Source: Chrysomallon squamiferum
Taxonomy: Eukaryota; Animalia; Mollusca
Reading direction: 5' to 3'
DNA: 64,000 bases
NCBI GenBank assembly: GCA_012295275.1
Contig: CM022679.1
Coordinates: forward strand, 6,882,001 to 6,946,000
The position numbers were made by a program, and so were the translations under genes. Each line of letters starts with the position of its first letter. The first letter of the stretch is position 1. The notes below the pieces were generated by a model. The model saw only the letters and a program-made list of their open reading frames with translations. It was not told where the DNA came from and searched no databases. This document shows, one piece after another, positions 42,321 through 54,834 of the stretch.

Positions 42321-42327
42321 CTTCACG

Positions 42328-42947
42328 ATGCCACTGCCTACTTCTAGTAAAAGCAATGTGACAGTTTCAAATACGAAAGGATTGACGGCATCCGCCAATT
42401 CTTTCAAAACGGGGACCGCCACAAGTTCCAGCTCTAAAGTCTTGTTACCCAATACATCAACCAAGACTGGGGGTATTGTCAACAAGACTGGGGTGCGTCC
42501 TACAGCTACTTCCACGGTCCTCACCCCACGGGCAGCCCCGTCAAAAATGGGGAACGGGGCCAGTGCGACTCAGATAGTAATAGACGGAGAAACATTAGAT
42601 CTACAGAAAATCAAAATGCTGATACCGGCGCTTCGGACAGAACTGACGGAAAAAGATGCAAAACTGTGTCAATATGAAAAAGAACTTAGAGAGAATTCTA
42701 AAGTGATTAAAGAAAAAAACAGTGAGATTGTTCGTTTGAAAGAAGAAGTTGATAAATTAAAATCCGTTTTGAAATTGAAAGTCGAGATCGGTGATGGAGA
42801 CCGACGTCCGGACATTCTGACGTCAATTAAAGAGGGTGTCCACGAGGTGTCGGGGGAACTCCGAGCCAAAAAACAAGGCGTGTCCGGAGAGAGCCCCATG
42901 TCAGGACAAGGTATCGGGGAACTAAAACATCACGAAAAAGATTTCAG
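42328..42947 (+). CDS. PRKG1: cGMP-dependent protein kinase (PKG), first coding exon: Ser/Thr-rich extension, MGNGAS motif, leucine-zipper dimerisation domain, autoinhibitory/pseudosubstrate segment
   Basis: ORF from ATG 42328, with an in-frame TGA upstream at 42268-42270. Second Met at 42547 (aaaATGG; MGNGAS). Heptad Leu/Ile run LTEKDAK-LCQYEKE-LRENSKV-IKEKNSE-IVRLKEE-VDKLKSVL, then AKKQGVSGES. Ends HHEKDF-ag|GTATGT (donor GT at 42948, phase 2), which joins in frame to the exon at 54668. PRKG1 versus PRKG2 orthology cannot be settled from two exons. Confidence 0.93.
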
Positions 42948-44390
42948 GTATGTTTCCTTTTTAATCATAAAAATACGACCAATTGCCTATTACTAATTTT
43001 GCACTCTCATTGAAGTTCACATAAGTTTAAAGAAAAAAGAAAAGAAAAAAAGAAATACCAGTCTGCCAAAAATTGGAGGATACTACATCTAAGTGTATCC
43101 TCTCACTGTATGAACTATTAATGCGTATTACATCTGAGCAGTAAACTACATTATTTACCACATATTAAAAACAGAGTAATAAAACAAAACAAAAACAAAA
43201 TCAAAACAAACAAACAAACAAATATAAATTATATTAATCGGTCATTTATCATTTGTTCACAAGCTTTTATTCTTTATCAATACAAACATTAATTACTGGT
43301 CAACTCCTTGCCGCAGTGTGTACTCAGATCATGCAGTTTTTACTTTCTGTTCATATCCTGATACATGATAGCACCTCAAAGAAAAAACGTAGTAGGAATA
43401 TATGACTTTATCCTTTTCTGTCCTTTAATATACTAACATACTGAACTGCAGTAGGCAAATAAACCAGATTCTTGCATTATCAGCCCTAGACATGCATACT
43501 TGAACATTTAGTGCATTTAAAAATATTTTATCCTGTTAACTAACTGAATTTCATTTTTCTCATCCAGTTATATAATAATTTAAAATATTCCAATATTTTG
43601 TTGTTATTGTGGGGTTTTTTTGTTTGTTTTTTACTTTAAAAAAACCTAGGAGATTAGATTTTTATTAGATTAAAGCAACATGTCATCAAATCAGTTTGCT
43701 GTTTCCAAAAAACAAACCTATTGCAAAACAAATACGGTAATTACATTGTATTTGATAGAAATTACTTTGTTAATTTAGAAGTAATTCATTCTATCAACTG
43801 GAACAAAAATCAACCTAAACAAAAACCTATAATTAAATTATTTGTTTAAATCAACTGATAAAAAAAAAAATAAAATAAAATAAAATAAAATAAAATAAAA
43901 TGGAATAAAATAATTAAAACTGAAACATAATTTATTTTATTTTTCATTTTAACTACTGTTATTATTTCTATATCATTACTGTTATTACTAATATGTCTGC
44001 TATTTCAGCTACTATTATTACAACTATTACTATCTCAACTATTACTAATAAACAACTTCATGGTGGGTTTTTTCCATATATATTAATCAGATTCATTCTA
44101 AATTTCAAAGTTTAAATTGTTTTATAAATATCATTTTTGAATGGCATTTAACATTTAAAAAGAAAAACAAAAGCATCATAGAAAAATAGCATCCAAACAG
44201 TATTAATGTTATAATAACAACAATGGTAATGATAATAATAATAACTGTAGTAACAGCAGTAATAATAATAATAATAATGTAGAGATGGGAAACATATATA
44301 GTTTGTTCCATATTTTTAAAGAAGTGCAGTTTAAATTCAGTTTGTATTCATGTACATGAACCTTTACTACTAATAAAGTTATCTCACAAA

Positions 44391-44620
44391 GAGGCTGAGC
44401 TGTTACTCGTTGATTTAGAACACAGAGCTGAAGTGTGACAGACCACAGGACCAGTCCTTCCTTCTGAACCCATTTGGTTTATCAAAGTCTTGTATAAATG
44501 GGAAAGTGCATATAAAAGATCCCTTCCTTACACTGAAAAGAAATAGTCTATCATCTATAGCAAAGACTGGTTTCTTCTCTCATCTGTGATATGTAAGATG
44601 CCACATAAAATTAGATTATA
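44391..44620 (+). mobile_element. Decayed SINE-like copy in the PKG intron
   Basis: Core gggaaagtgcatataaaagatcccttcct (44500-44527) shared with the copies at 48.6, 52.5, 57.4 and 63.4 kb. Confidence 0.65.
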
Positions 44621-45114
44621 CATATATGGAGTATATTTTTTTTATCATTCATACAGAACTATAAAAATAATGCAAATGATAACAATATTTTCTAGTGTTT
44701 AATCACAAATACTGATGTTAAACAAGCAGAAACGAGTAAAATAAATGAGCTTATTTTCACTCTAACATCTGTTTTACAAATCTTCAAGCATTTTGCAAAC
44801 AAACTAATAAAAGTAAAGCTGACATTTTATAACTGGAAGTTGAACAGTTATTTTAAGCCTGTGGTTATTCCTGTTGACATTTTTTTTCAAGTGAAATGTC
44901 TTCTAGTTATATTTTAAAATCTGAATTTATAATTTGATTTTCAAGTTCAGTAAAAGGATTACACTGCTTTTATCTTATTACAGCCAGAGATGAATTTTTT
45001 ATAAAGTGGCTAAAACAGGCAGGAAGATTTTTTTTTTTTTTTTTTTTTAAGGCAAAGAAACAGACAGAATTCAGCTGCAATAAAACTGTCAAAAAACATA
45101 TTCAGACATTTAGA

Positions 45115-45116
<2 letters not shown>

Positions 45117-45170
<54 letters not shown>

Positions 45171-45188
45171 ATGTGTGTGTGTGTGTGC
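45117..45188. repeat. (GT)n microsatellite
   Basis: Direct reading. Confidence 0.95.
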
Positions 45189-45938
45189 ACATGCACATAT
45201 TTCTATAATAAAGTGGAATGGTTGCATTATTTTGCATTTAGCAGCAGCAGATTGTTTTAAAAATAATTAAACAAAATAAAATCAAATAATAATAATAATA
45301 ATGATGATGACGATGACAATAATGATGATGATATTAATTTATTGATAATACAGTTTCCATTAAACTAATTTAAAAATAATCTTTTGGCAATTGAAAAATA
45401 TTAATTATTTAACATTTCAAGTCATGTTTATTTTACATAAAATGAGGACATTTCATCTATTCAAAATGTGAATAACACTTATTACACAATAATTGCTTAA
45501 TTATCTACTTGTTACTTAATATGTTTTGTTTATTATAACTTTATGCACATGTAAAAGAAACTGTGATCAATATAAATGTGTACAAAATTTGCTCATTTCC
45601 AATATACACTAAAAATGCATCTTCACAAACAGGTGTGACACAATTTTAATCTAGCTTGTATTAGTAAATTTAATATATGTTAATTGATGACCGAGTGAAA
45701 TATCCTCATAAAAGGTATAATAAAAATGATAATAAATAATACTTCTGTAATTAATAAAACATTGAATTGTGTGTTTAGCATACTAGAATAGTGAAGATGA
45801 AACTAGAATATTCAAAAAACAAAATAAATCTGCTATATATTTTTTAAATGTTGTAATTATTACTGAGATTATTAATCTGACTGAACCATGGTAAAATTAA
45901 ATGTAAATCTTTGAAAAAAAAAATCTATAATTATTCTA

Positions 45939-46150
45939 ATTCAAGTTATGATGACATTCTTCAAACAATTTGTTGATTCAGGTTATGATAATATTTTTTC
46001 AATAATATGCTGATTCACAGTTTGGTGTCATTTTTCAAAACATTCCAAAATTCAAATTATGGTGTCATTTTAAAAATAATTTGCTGAATTCAAATTATGC
46101 TGACTTTTATGAATTAGTTTGCTGATTCAACCTACAATGATATTTTTCAA
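45939..46150. repeat. Degenerate minisatellite, about 37 bp x 6
   Basis: Recurring attcaarttatg(a/g)tgwcattttt...aatttgctg at about 37-bp spacing. Confidence 0.75.
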
Positions 46151-48559
46151 CTACAAATATGAAAGAAATGTGGATTAGGAAAACACATAGTTTGTTTAAA
46201 AGGAAGTATTATAGATTTACAATGATTATAGTGCGATTCTATCACATTTTCCACATACCTCACTGCCAGTGTTCAAAATAACATTGCTTGTTTTGTGTGA
46301 AGTTGTTAAGATAAAAATTGAAAAGATTATTGAATGTATAAGCTAGCTACGTTTTGCAGTAATTTGCTGAAGAAACTGTTTAGATCAGCATGTCCCAGTT
46401 TACCTGTTAATTCAGGCATGTAATGACGATATTACAGTTCACTGGAATAAACCCTCATTAAAACATGCAAACTGTCAAATGTTTTGTTTTTTTTGTTGTT
46501 GTTGTGAAAGAGTTTCAAATTGAAAAATTAAAGGAAATGATTATTCAATGCATCACTGCCTGCTTGGAAAGGGATCAAATACACATGACATCAGCAGAAG
46601 TTACATTCTTTGACCTTCGCAGCTGCAGCTCCAACAGAATTTTCAAGCAGGCATGGCAATGCTGGAAATGAACAAAACAAAGAAATAATTAATAGTTTAA
46701 ATCAAATAATATTTTTTATGTTACATGTTATGATGTTGTTGTTTTTTGATATTTGTTATTGTTGTTTTTCCCATCCAGACTCATTTAATAATAAAGTATG
46801 ACAGCAAAAGAGTCCAGTTTAAAAATATGTAGATGACACAGTCATGAGGTCATTTCATATTGGGTTGACTGATTTGCTCTGGGTTTTTTCTAACTTTGTC
46901 AGAAAAACAACAACAACATACTTATCACTCTGACATGTACACAATGACATTGCAGTTCCATCATCTTTTCTAAAAAAAATATTTAACTGTGATTATTTGT
47001 TATTACACTGACAGGTCACTTAGAACAAATAAAATAATAACTTTTAAGAATAAAACATATTTTTATGCCATTCTTACACTTTAATATGTGCATTAACATC
47101 AAAAAGTAAGGTCATACAAAAATGAAGAAATATGACAAGCAAATAGAAAAAATAAAGAAAAAAGATGATATGGGAAAAGAAAGTTAATATAGTAACTAAA
47201 AGCTGTATCTTACAAAATGGATTATAATCATTATTATACACACTCATCTACAATCCCTTCCACTGCTCATAGCAATTTACAGTAATATGGTGAATGCCAA
47301 TTTTTAAAAATCCTTACATTTTATTTTATTTATTTATTTATTATTATTATTATTTATTTTATATGTATATCTTTTTTGGACTGGAATAATTTTAACTGTG
47401 AAATTGTTTTGGAATATAGTCAGGAATACTATTTTCTATAACATTTTTCCTTTACTGTGGTTGTTCGCTTAACTGCTGGCTTTGTATTACATGTTCTTCC
47501 ACTAATCTTTTTTTTTCTCCTGAAACATTTAGGAGATTGTTCTCATTTTTTAGTACTTTCAGTCTTTTACAAAACATTTTTCATTTCCTTTTTCATTATC
47601 TTCTAATGTCTTCTGTTTGAATGGGTTATTTTTTATCCAAATTACTCCCTTTTCTAAAAAACGAGGAATATTGAAGAAAAGGAAGAAAAAATATCTTGAT
47701 GTAATGCTCTTTTCACCCTGACTGGTGGTTCTAAAGTATTATGCCACTAGAAGGATTTAACAGGATGAGAAATGACAAGAAGAGAAGCAAACTAGATTTT
47801 TGATTCTGTTATTTCTGTTACTTCTGCAGTGAATAATAAATGTCAGCAATGTCACTTACATTTCTTGTATTTGAAAGTTAACATTCAAAGTCTGTCTGCT
47901 TCATGAATAATTTGTCTTCATTAGGACAATGCTGTCTGCTTATGTATCATATTAGTATCAGCCTGTCTTTGTTTGTTATTGGGTGTTTTTTTTTTGTTGG
48001 TTTTTTTGGCTTTTTTAGCTGGTTTTTTCATCTTAACAATTTTTCATCTTTTTTTTTTTTTTTTTTTTTTTGAATTAAATAAAAACACTTTCTTTTAATG
48101 ACAGAGAGAAAATGAAAACTGAATATTTTCAGAAATTTATTAAAAAGAGAAACAATTTTTGGTATTTATAACAAAGAATAAACTAACTATATTAAAAAGA
48201 AACCCTGAATTTGTATTCTTTATTCCTTTGATGTTGTAGCTATATTCTTAATATTCACTGAAGGAAAATTTGTATCTTTCATTCTTTAAAATTTAAATTC
48301 AAGTTGCTGTTTACTTTGCTTTTATCTTTTCATTTGTAATAATATTCTTGAAATATAAATCAGATTTATCAGATCTAAATATGAAAAATTTATTTTTATA
48401 AATGTGAAAGCTACATCTTACATATTGTATATACAGAGTGTCACATTCTCTGATGTTTGAAAAGCTCTTCACAGATGAAACAAATAAATAATTCAGTGTC
48501 CATATAAAAGATATCTATCTAGAGAAAATGAATGAGTATTATGAAAAATATAGATCATG

Positions 48560-48670
48560 TGAGCAAGGAAACTTGCTGCTCCCTTTCCTTAATTAATGCT
48601 CCCTTATTAGGGATCTTTTGTATGCTGTGCATCCAACCATACAAAATAGAGCACAGACTGATGGCCTAAT
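48560..48670 (-). mobile_element. Decayed SINE-like fragment
   Basis: agggatcttttgtatgc is the reverse complement of gcatacaaaagatccct, the family core; preceded by aggaaacttgctgct. Confidence 0.5.
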
Positions 48671-49722
48671 ATAAGCACAAAAGACCATTTAGAATTGTTG
48701 TTTTTGTTTTCTGTGAATACATTAGCAGCATTATGGCCATAATTAACCATGTTGTTTTGTGTTAAATTGTGTTTAAGAGAACATCATATACTCTGTCAGA
48801 AATATTACAGTCCAGCATTGCTGTTATATGAATAATTCTCCGGCAAAACCACAGGTTGTGCTCATGATAGACTAGCTTGAAATATTATTTGATGGATTCA
48901 TGCTTAAGCATTGCTCATATCCTAACTCAAAATAAATTCATTAGCAGTATATAAATGTGTGGATGATAAAGACTCTGCCAGTGTTAAATCTGAATTCTGT
49001 GTGGAATAAAAATTTCTGAGAAAACATTTAACTTGGCAAAGAAAGAAATTCTCAGCAGGAAATTTAATTAAATGTGGCTTATGCTCTTGAGAATTTGTGA
49101 TCTGAATAATGCTATTGTTATTAGCTCAAGAGAAGAAAGTCATGCTGTGTTAATGGTATGACAATTTACTTATTTCCCAGTCTAGCCAGAGCTGTTTGAC
49201 TGTTTATCAAATCCATCGTATTTGTTTTCTTGAAACAAAAGAATTTACTCCAAAAAACATCCATATTTCTAATCAGTACCATTTTCATGTTTTATTTCTA
49301 ATATCAGTTTTACTGCTACCACTACAACTACCAATAATAAAAAAAAAATAATAATAACAATAAATAAATAATAAAATAACTGTTAAAATATTCACTGAAA
49401 TATTCATTTGTTCATTAACTGTTGTTATTTTTTTTTTTTTTTTTTTTCATTCAACCCATAATTTATTGTTACACTAATGTAGATAGTTTCAAAATTTCAA
49501 CAAACACGGAAATTAAAGCAAATAATATTTAATTTTTTCTACAAGGCAGACATTCTGCAAACAGCAGTGTAGTAAGAGATGTTTTATATCCACACCATTG
49601 TCTCTGGAGCAGGAAATTAATCTCAAACTATTCAAATATTAGGACATAGATCGACTGAATATACATTTACTTGAAACTAGAGGGAAATTAACATAGCATA
49701 TTAAAAGGATAATTTTTATATT

Positions 49723-49727
<5 letters not shown>

Positions 49728-49791
<64 letters not shown>
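49728..49791. repeat. (GA)n microsatellite
   Basis: Direct reading. Confidence 0.95.
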
Positions 49792-49794
<3 letters not shown>

Positions 49795-51191
49795 ACTATA
49801 AACTTTATATATATATATTTTTCTCTTATTTATTTATTTTATTTTATTTTATTTCATTCTTTATTTATTTATTTATTTATTTATTAGGTTAAATTCACTG
49901 TTATCTTTTTTTATCAACAATCTAAAATTAAAAACAAAAACTTTTTTATTGGAATGAAAAAGAAAAAAATACTGAAGATTAATTTTTTTTTTTTAAACAA
50001 ACATGGTGGAATAGTTTAATCAATTTCTGCTGCATTGTACTTTGTTATCACTGAAAAGAAGTGTATGGAGACATTGTTGTTGGTCTCAGATGTGTATTTT
50101 TTCTTTCTTCTTCTATTAATAGGATTAACAAAGATATAAAAATTGGCTTTAATGACTGCAAAGAATGGGTGGATCCAAATTTGTATGTAGGTGTCTATCT
50201 ATTGGTTTTGTATGATTTATACCATCATCAGAACTGACATCATGTCATAATTCTGCAGTGTGATACTGCCAACAAGATATGATTTGATTTTAAAAATATT
50301 CAGATGGATGGAAAATAGAGGGTGTATAATACCAGTTGTATTGCACCCACCCTCTCAGCATTGACCTACATATGTAAATGATGTTTTACATTTCATAACA
50401 ATATGCTTTATATGTGAACATGCCACCTTCAGTTTCCTAATTATAAACATTTAGCCGAGTTTCCTTGAAAACCTAATAATAAAGACAATATAATTTAACA
50501 CTAAGTCACAAAGAAGTCCAGGTGTTCATCACAAAAAGTTGTTAAGGCTTGATGAAGAATCATGTTTTTAGTACAAACCGTGTAAAACACCGCTGACTTT
50601 TAATTATTATTATGATGGCAAGCTTTGCTTTTTCGTTGTAAGCTCTGTGGAAAGAATATGAATCCTTGCTGTGTGATGTTTCTCCCTTCCGATGCAGAGC
50701 ATCTCTTCTATTGATTTTGTGAGCAGTAATTGAAGTTGATATTGATTAATACCAGTTGGCTTTTGTGTTGCAAATATACAGCTCACAAACACAGAGAGCT
50801 TGTTTAATATTACTAGCAGTGTGTTAGCATTTTTTAAAAATATTTTTTAATAGTGTTTTTTTTTTTTTTTTTACTTTCAGTATTCTTATTAAGAAAAGAT
50901 GTTACTTGTCTGGATCTGATTTGTATTTTTTCCAAAAATGATTAGTGCCAAACATTATTTGATTTTGATGAAAATATCTTGGCATATTAATATTTTGTTT
51001 TTATGAAATGAAAAAACCCCACAAAACACCCAGAGATAAAGAATTATATTCTTAAACTCAAACATATTTAATTATGTAGTGAGAAAATATTTTTGCAAAT
51101 AAACTGACTTGTATTTTTCTGTCTGTCTAGCATAACACTTCCCAAGATATAAAGAATGAAACACTAGGAGTAAGATCAACAACAACAACAA

Positions 51192-51222
<31 letters not shown>

Positions 51223-52509
51223 AAATAAGAAGCCACAAAAATTAACTTTACAGAATTAAACTTATTATTTTGTTGTTCTTAATATTACCTGTTCTTTAAT
51301 GTATTCAAAACAAAACAAAGTGTATCAAGATCAGTTTTAATATAATTATGATGTTTTTGAGAAGTTAATTACAAGATAAATCCTATCATATTTTATTGTT
51401 GTTGTTGCTGTTTTGTTTTTTTTGGCTCCAATGTGACATAGATTTCTGAAATAATTCACTGATTTGGATTTGGGTATTAAAACAAAACAAAACACCCCCA
51501 AAAAACTAAAATATTCAAATGAAATATAAACTTTGTGTGTAAATACATATAAAAAATAATTAAATATTATTTAACAAATATTTTAGAATGAATAAAAAAC
51601 TAAAAAATTGAGATAGATGTTTTATGACCTTTTGCCAGATCCATGCATTAAAGCTAAGCTAGAGCAGTCTTTTTAAATTTTCTTCTACATTTCTTCTCGC
51701 TTATTTTAAATAAAAAAAATGTCACAGTTAGGTTCAGTAAATTACAAAGTATATTTTCTTTACCTTATTCATATTTATTTTCCATTTCTACTGTCTTTTT
51801 TTCTTTTCAACTCTTTCTTTCCTTTCTTTATATAAATATATTTATAGAACCTCTTATCTCATCTGTTTTGTATATGAAAATGTAATTACCTGCTTATTAA
51901 TAACTGAACAGAAAATGTAAATCAGATCAAAACAGACTGCAACAAATAAATCTAATAATACTCAAGAAAATACTATTTTTTATTATTAATATTTCTGTAT
52001 TTCTCTATTTTTCCCACATCCAAACATCAGTGGTGCAGAAATTACATAATCAATATGGGTTCTTACTCTGGACAAATAAAAAAAAAAAAAATCCACTTGA
52101 GATTTGTACTGACATTGCAGCTTCGATTGCATGTTAATTTCACTGTAGTTCTTTGCAGTAACCAACGAATCACTTCACTTGCCTGCTTTCCCAAAAATAA
52201 ATATAAACGTGACATTGAAGTGTTAGGACAAGGAGAAAAGATAATTAGGTTGCAGTCTTTTTTGCATTTTTTTTTTTCTTTTTTTTTTCACAGATTTCTT
52301 TCTTTCTTACTTTTTTTTATTGTATTTTTGATCCTTCTCATTTTTGGTTGTTCTGTTGTTGTTTTTGTTTTTTTTTTTTTTTTTTTTGGAGTGGGTTTTT
52401 TTGTTGGATTTTTTTATAGTTGTAGTGGTTTTTATAAAACAGTTTTGTAACAAATGATAATAATAATGTGGCAAACATACATGGTTATTTGATAAAATAA
52501 TGGTATGAA

Positions 52510-52800
52510 AGACAAAATTTGCTGCAGTCATTTGCTGGACTTCTTTTATGTATCAGCAGCAAAGGATCATTTAAATGCACCTTCCTAAAACAGGAGAGCA
52601 GATAGAACAATTATGGGGAGTGGCTTGAACAGGAAATAGATTGCTAGTTTTAATAAATTTCTGTAATTGCATTTCTGAACAGCATTTTCAAAACTTTATT
52701 TCCTCAACTAGTTGGAACTGGAAATAGTTCTATCCCCCAAAAAGGATTGACTCTATGCACCATCAGATCTTATATATCATGTTTTAACCACCAAGTTGTC
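52510..52800 (-). mobile_element. Decayed SINE-like copy
   Basis: agcagcaaaggatcatttaaatgcaccttcc is the reverse complement of ggaaggtgcatttaaatgatcctttgctgct; also tggcttgaacaggaaatag and ggaactggaaatag. Confidence 0.65.
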
Positions 52801-54667
52801 GGTCACTCTTTAGTTGCCATCTAAAGCAGATATTAAAAAAAGTACAAGATTTTTATGATGATTATATTAGATAGCAAACACCTACATATACACATGGAAA
52901 GCTGTTTTCTTTCTGTGGAGAAGAAACTCCTTTCCGAGCAGCTACATTTATAGACTTCTTTGAATTGAGACAAATTACATTTCTATGGATAACAGTCTTA
53001 TTTATGGAGAACTGAGTCCTTTCTACATTTTTCTGTGAAATACTTGTGATGACTTATTAAAGGAACATTTAGCTCATGAAAAACCTATATTGATTAATAA
53101 TAGGCACTTTTATTTCAGTGGCCAATGTTAGGTTTCTTTCACCTTTAATCTTTGAATATCATTTGAACTAATACAAATTATTTAAGCCCAGAAATGGATT
53201 AGATCTTTTCAGAGGTGATGAGACAAAGAGCTTGTCATTTTCATGACAGGCTACAGTTTTGTTTTTCAAAAGAATTTGCCAGACTCAACAAGAGAGAGAG
53301 TACAGATGTAAACAAACAGTCCTTCAAACAAAATCCCTGTCAGCATGGGGTAATGACCGCTGAATCATAAAATGCTTTTAATCATTGGTACATTAATGAA
53401 GATTAATGAAGGATTTCCCTTGCTGAGTTGGTTTCATTTCATTAGATATGCTTTCAAGTTAGTTACTGGTAGTTATATGTTTATGGTAATAAGCAAAAAT
53501 CATTCACAATTGATTATTAATGTTTGATTTTATCAGAATGTTTATTATTTTATTTTTTTTGTCACATGTTTTTATCAAATAAAATTTTGTCTGGGCATCC
53601 ATTCATCGATCCACTGCTGCAATAATCCAGTCTTTAAAGGGATTCAGATTTGTATTTATACTGTATTTACAAAGCAGTCTAAAAGAATAAAATAATGCTG
53701 AAAAGAATGTTTTTGTTGAAGTTTGACCTCAAATACAATATGTAACAAAAAATAATAAAACTAATAAAAATATAAATAAAAAGCAGCCAACCAGCAAGAC
53801 ATTCATTTTTTTATCAAATTTAATTTTTTCTGGTGTGAATGCCATTCATAAGAGAACTTTCCAACATTTATTTATTTTCTTAAGTATTAAATTGAACGAA
53901 GGTGCAGAACATACTTTAATATTTATCAAAACAGTTAATTTTGGAAATTAATATAACTTCTTTTAATCATAGCATTATATAAGAATTTACTATTTGTAAC
54001 AATCTGTCAGTTTTATGATCATATACAGTGTGTGAAATGAGCTGCACACTTTCATTAGTCAGTTTATATTTTGAATAATACCAGATACCTGTGACAACAT
54101 GTTTACATCAATTAATTTTTACATTATTGACATCCACTTTCTTAACTAGCATCATGTTACATTTTTGAATTTCCTGTTTTGTTTATTCAATGTGGCAGAT
54201 AAGTGATTAAATAGATTCAAACAAAATAGGAAAATGTTTTGGAATTGTGTCTTTGACTTGATGTTATGAACTGAATCTTTATCTGATATCAGTTGTTAAG
54301 ACATATTTTATTTGTGGTAATCTTTTTTAATTAAGATACAAAAAAAAAAAAGAAATGAAACTAATAAATACTATCACAAGACTTTTTTTTGTTGTTGTAA
54401 ATGATGATATAAGACTACTGTTACTGTTATTGTCAATACTACTAATACTAATATTTTCATTGCCATTACTATGATACCTACAACTATTATTTCTTCTATT
54501 ACTGTTACTACTACTACTATCACCAGTTACTGTTACTACTACTACTATCACCAGTTACTGCTTAATACTAATGTTACAAATACTTCTTCAGTTACGATTT
54601 CTACTATTGTAACCATTTCAGCCACTTCTGCTAGAATTATTTATTTATTTATTTACTGCATTTTCAG

Positions 54668-54834
54668 ATCAAAACAGCTGATTAAAGATGCAATACTCAA
54701 CAATGATTTTCTCAAAAACTTGGATTCTACTCAGGTGCGGGAGATTGTTGACTGCATGTATGAAAAGAAGATTGCACAAGGTCACTACATTATCAAGGAA
54801 GGAGAACAGGGTCAACATCTTTATGTGTCAGCAG
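54668..54834 (+). CDS. PRKG1: PKG coding exon 2: start of cyclic-nucleotide-binding domain A
   Basis: Acceptor ttttcag|A at 54667/54668 and donor GCAG|GTAAGG at 54834/54835; 167 nt. Encodes (R)SKQLIKDAILNNDFLKNLDSTQVREIVDCMYEKKIAQGHYIIKEGEQGQHLYVSA, matching the conserved PKG segment (vertebrate SKDLIKEAILDNDFMKNL...EIVDCMY...IIKEG). AG+A across the junction rebuilds an Arg codon. Confidence 0.97.

Larger units (their letters stand above)
42144..42327 (+). other. Probable 5' UTR portion of the first PKG coding exon
   Basis: Strong acceptor ttctttgatttttttttttccag ending at 42143, followed by GC- and CpG-richer sequence up to the ATG. This implies an upstream non-coding exon. Confidence 0.65.
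42948..54667 (+). other. PKG intron (11.7 kb, GT-AG, phase 2)
   Basis: Bounded by GTATGT and ttttcAG; splicing restores the continuous PKG peptide EKDFRSKQLIK. Confidence 0.9.

Noticed and set aside
42057-42899. Minus-strand ORFs of 155 aa (42057-42524) and 76 aa (42669-42899)
   Set aside because: Antisense shadows of the GC-richer PKG exon; no recognisable motif or independent support.
45939-46150. Possible common origin of the 37-bp intronic array and the 37/41-bp array at 35 kb
   Set aside because: Similar period only; monomers share no convincing alignment in either orientation.
54471-54667. N-terminal part of the 160-aa ORF (MIPTTIISS...YYYYY)
   Set aside because: Intronic (ACT)n low-complexity read-through; PKG similarity starts exactly at the acceptor 54667/54668 and ends at the donor 54834/54835.
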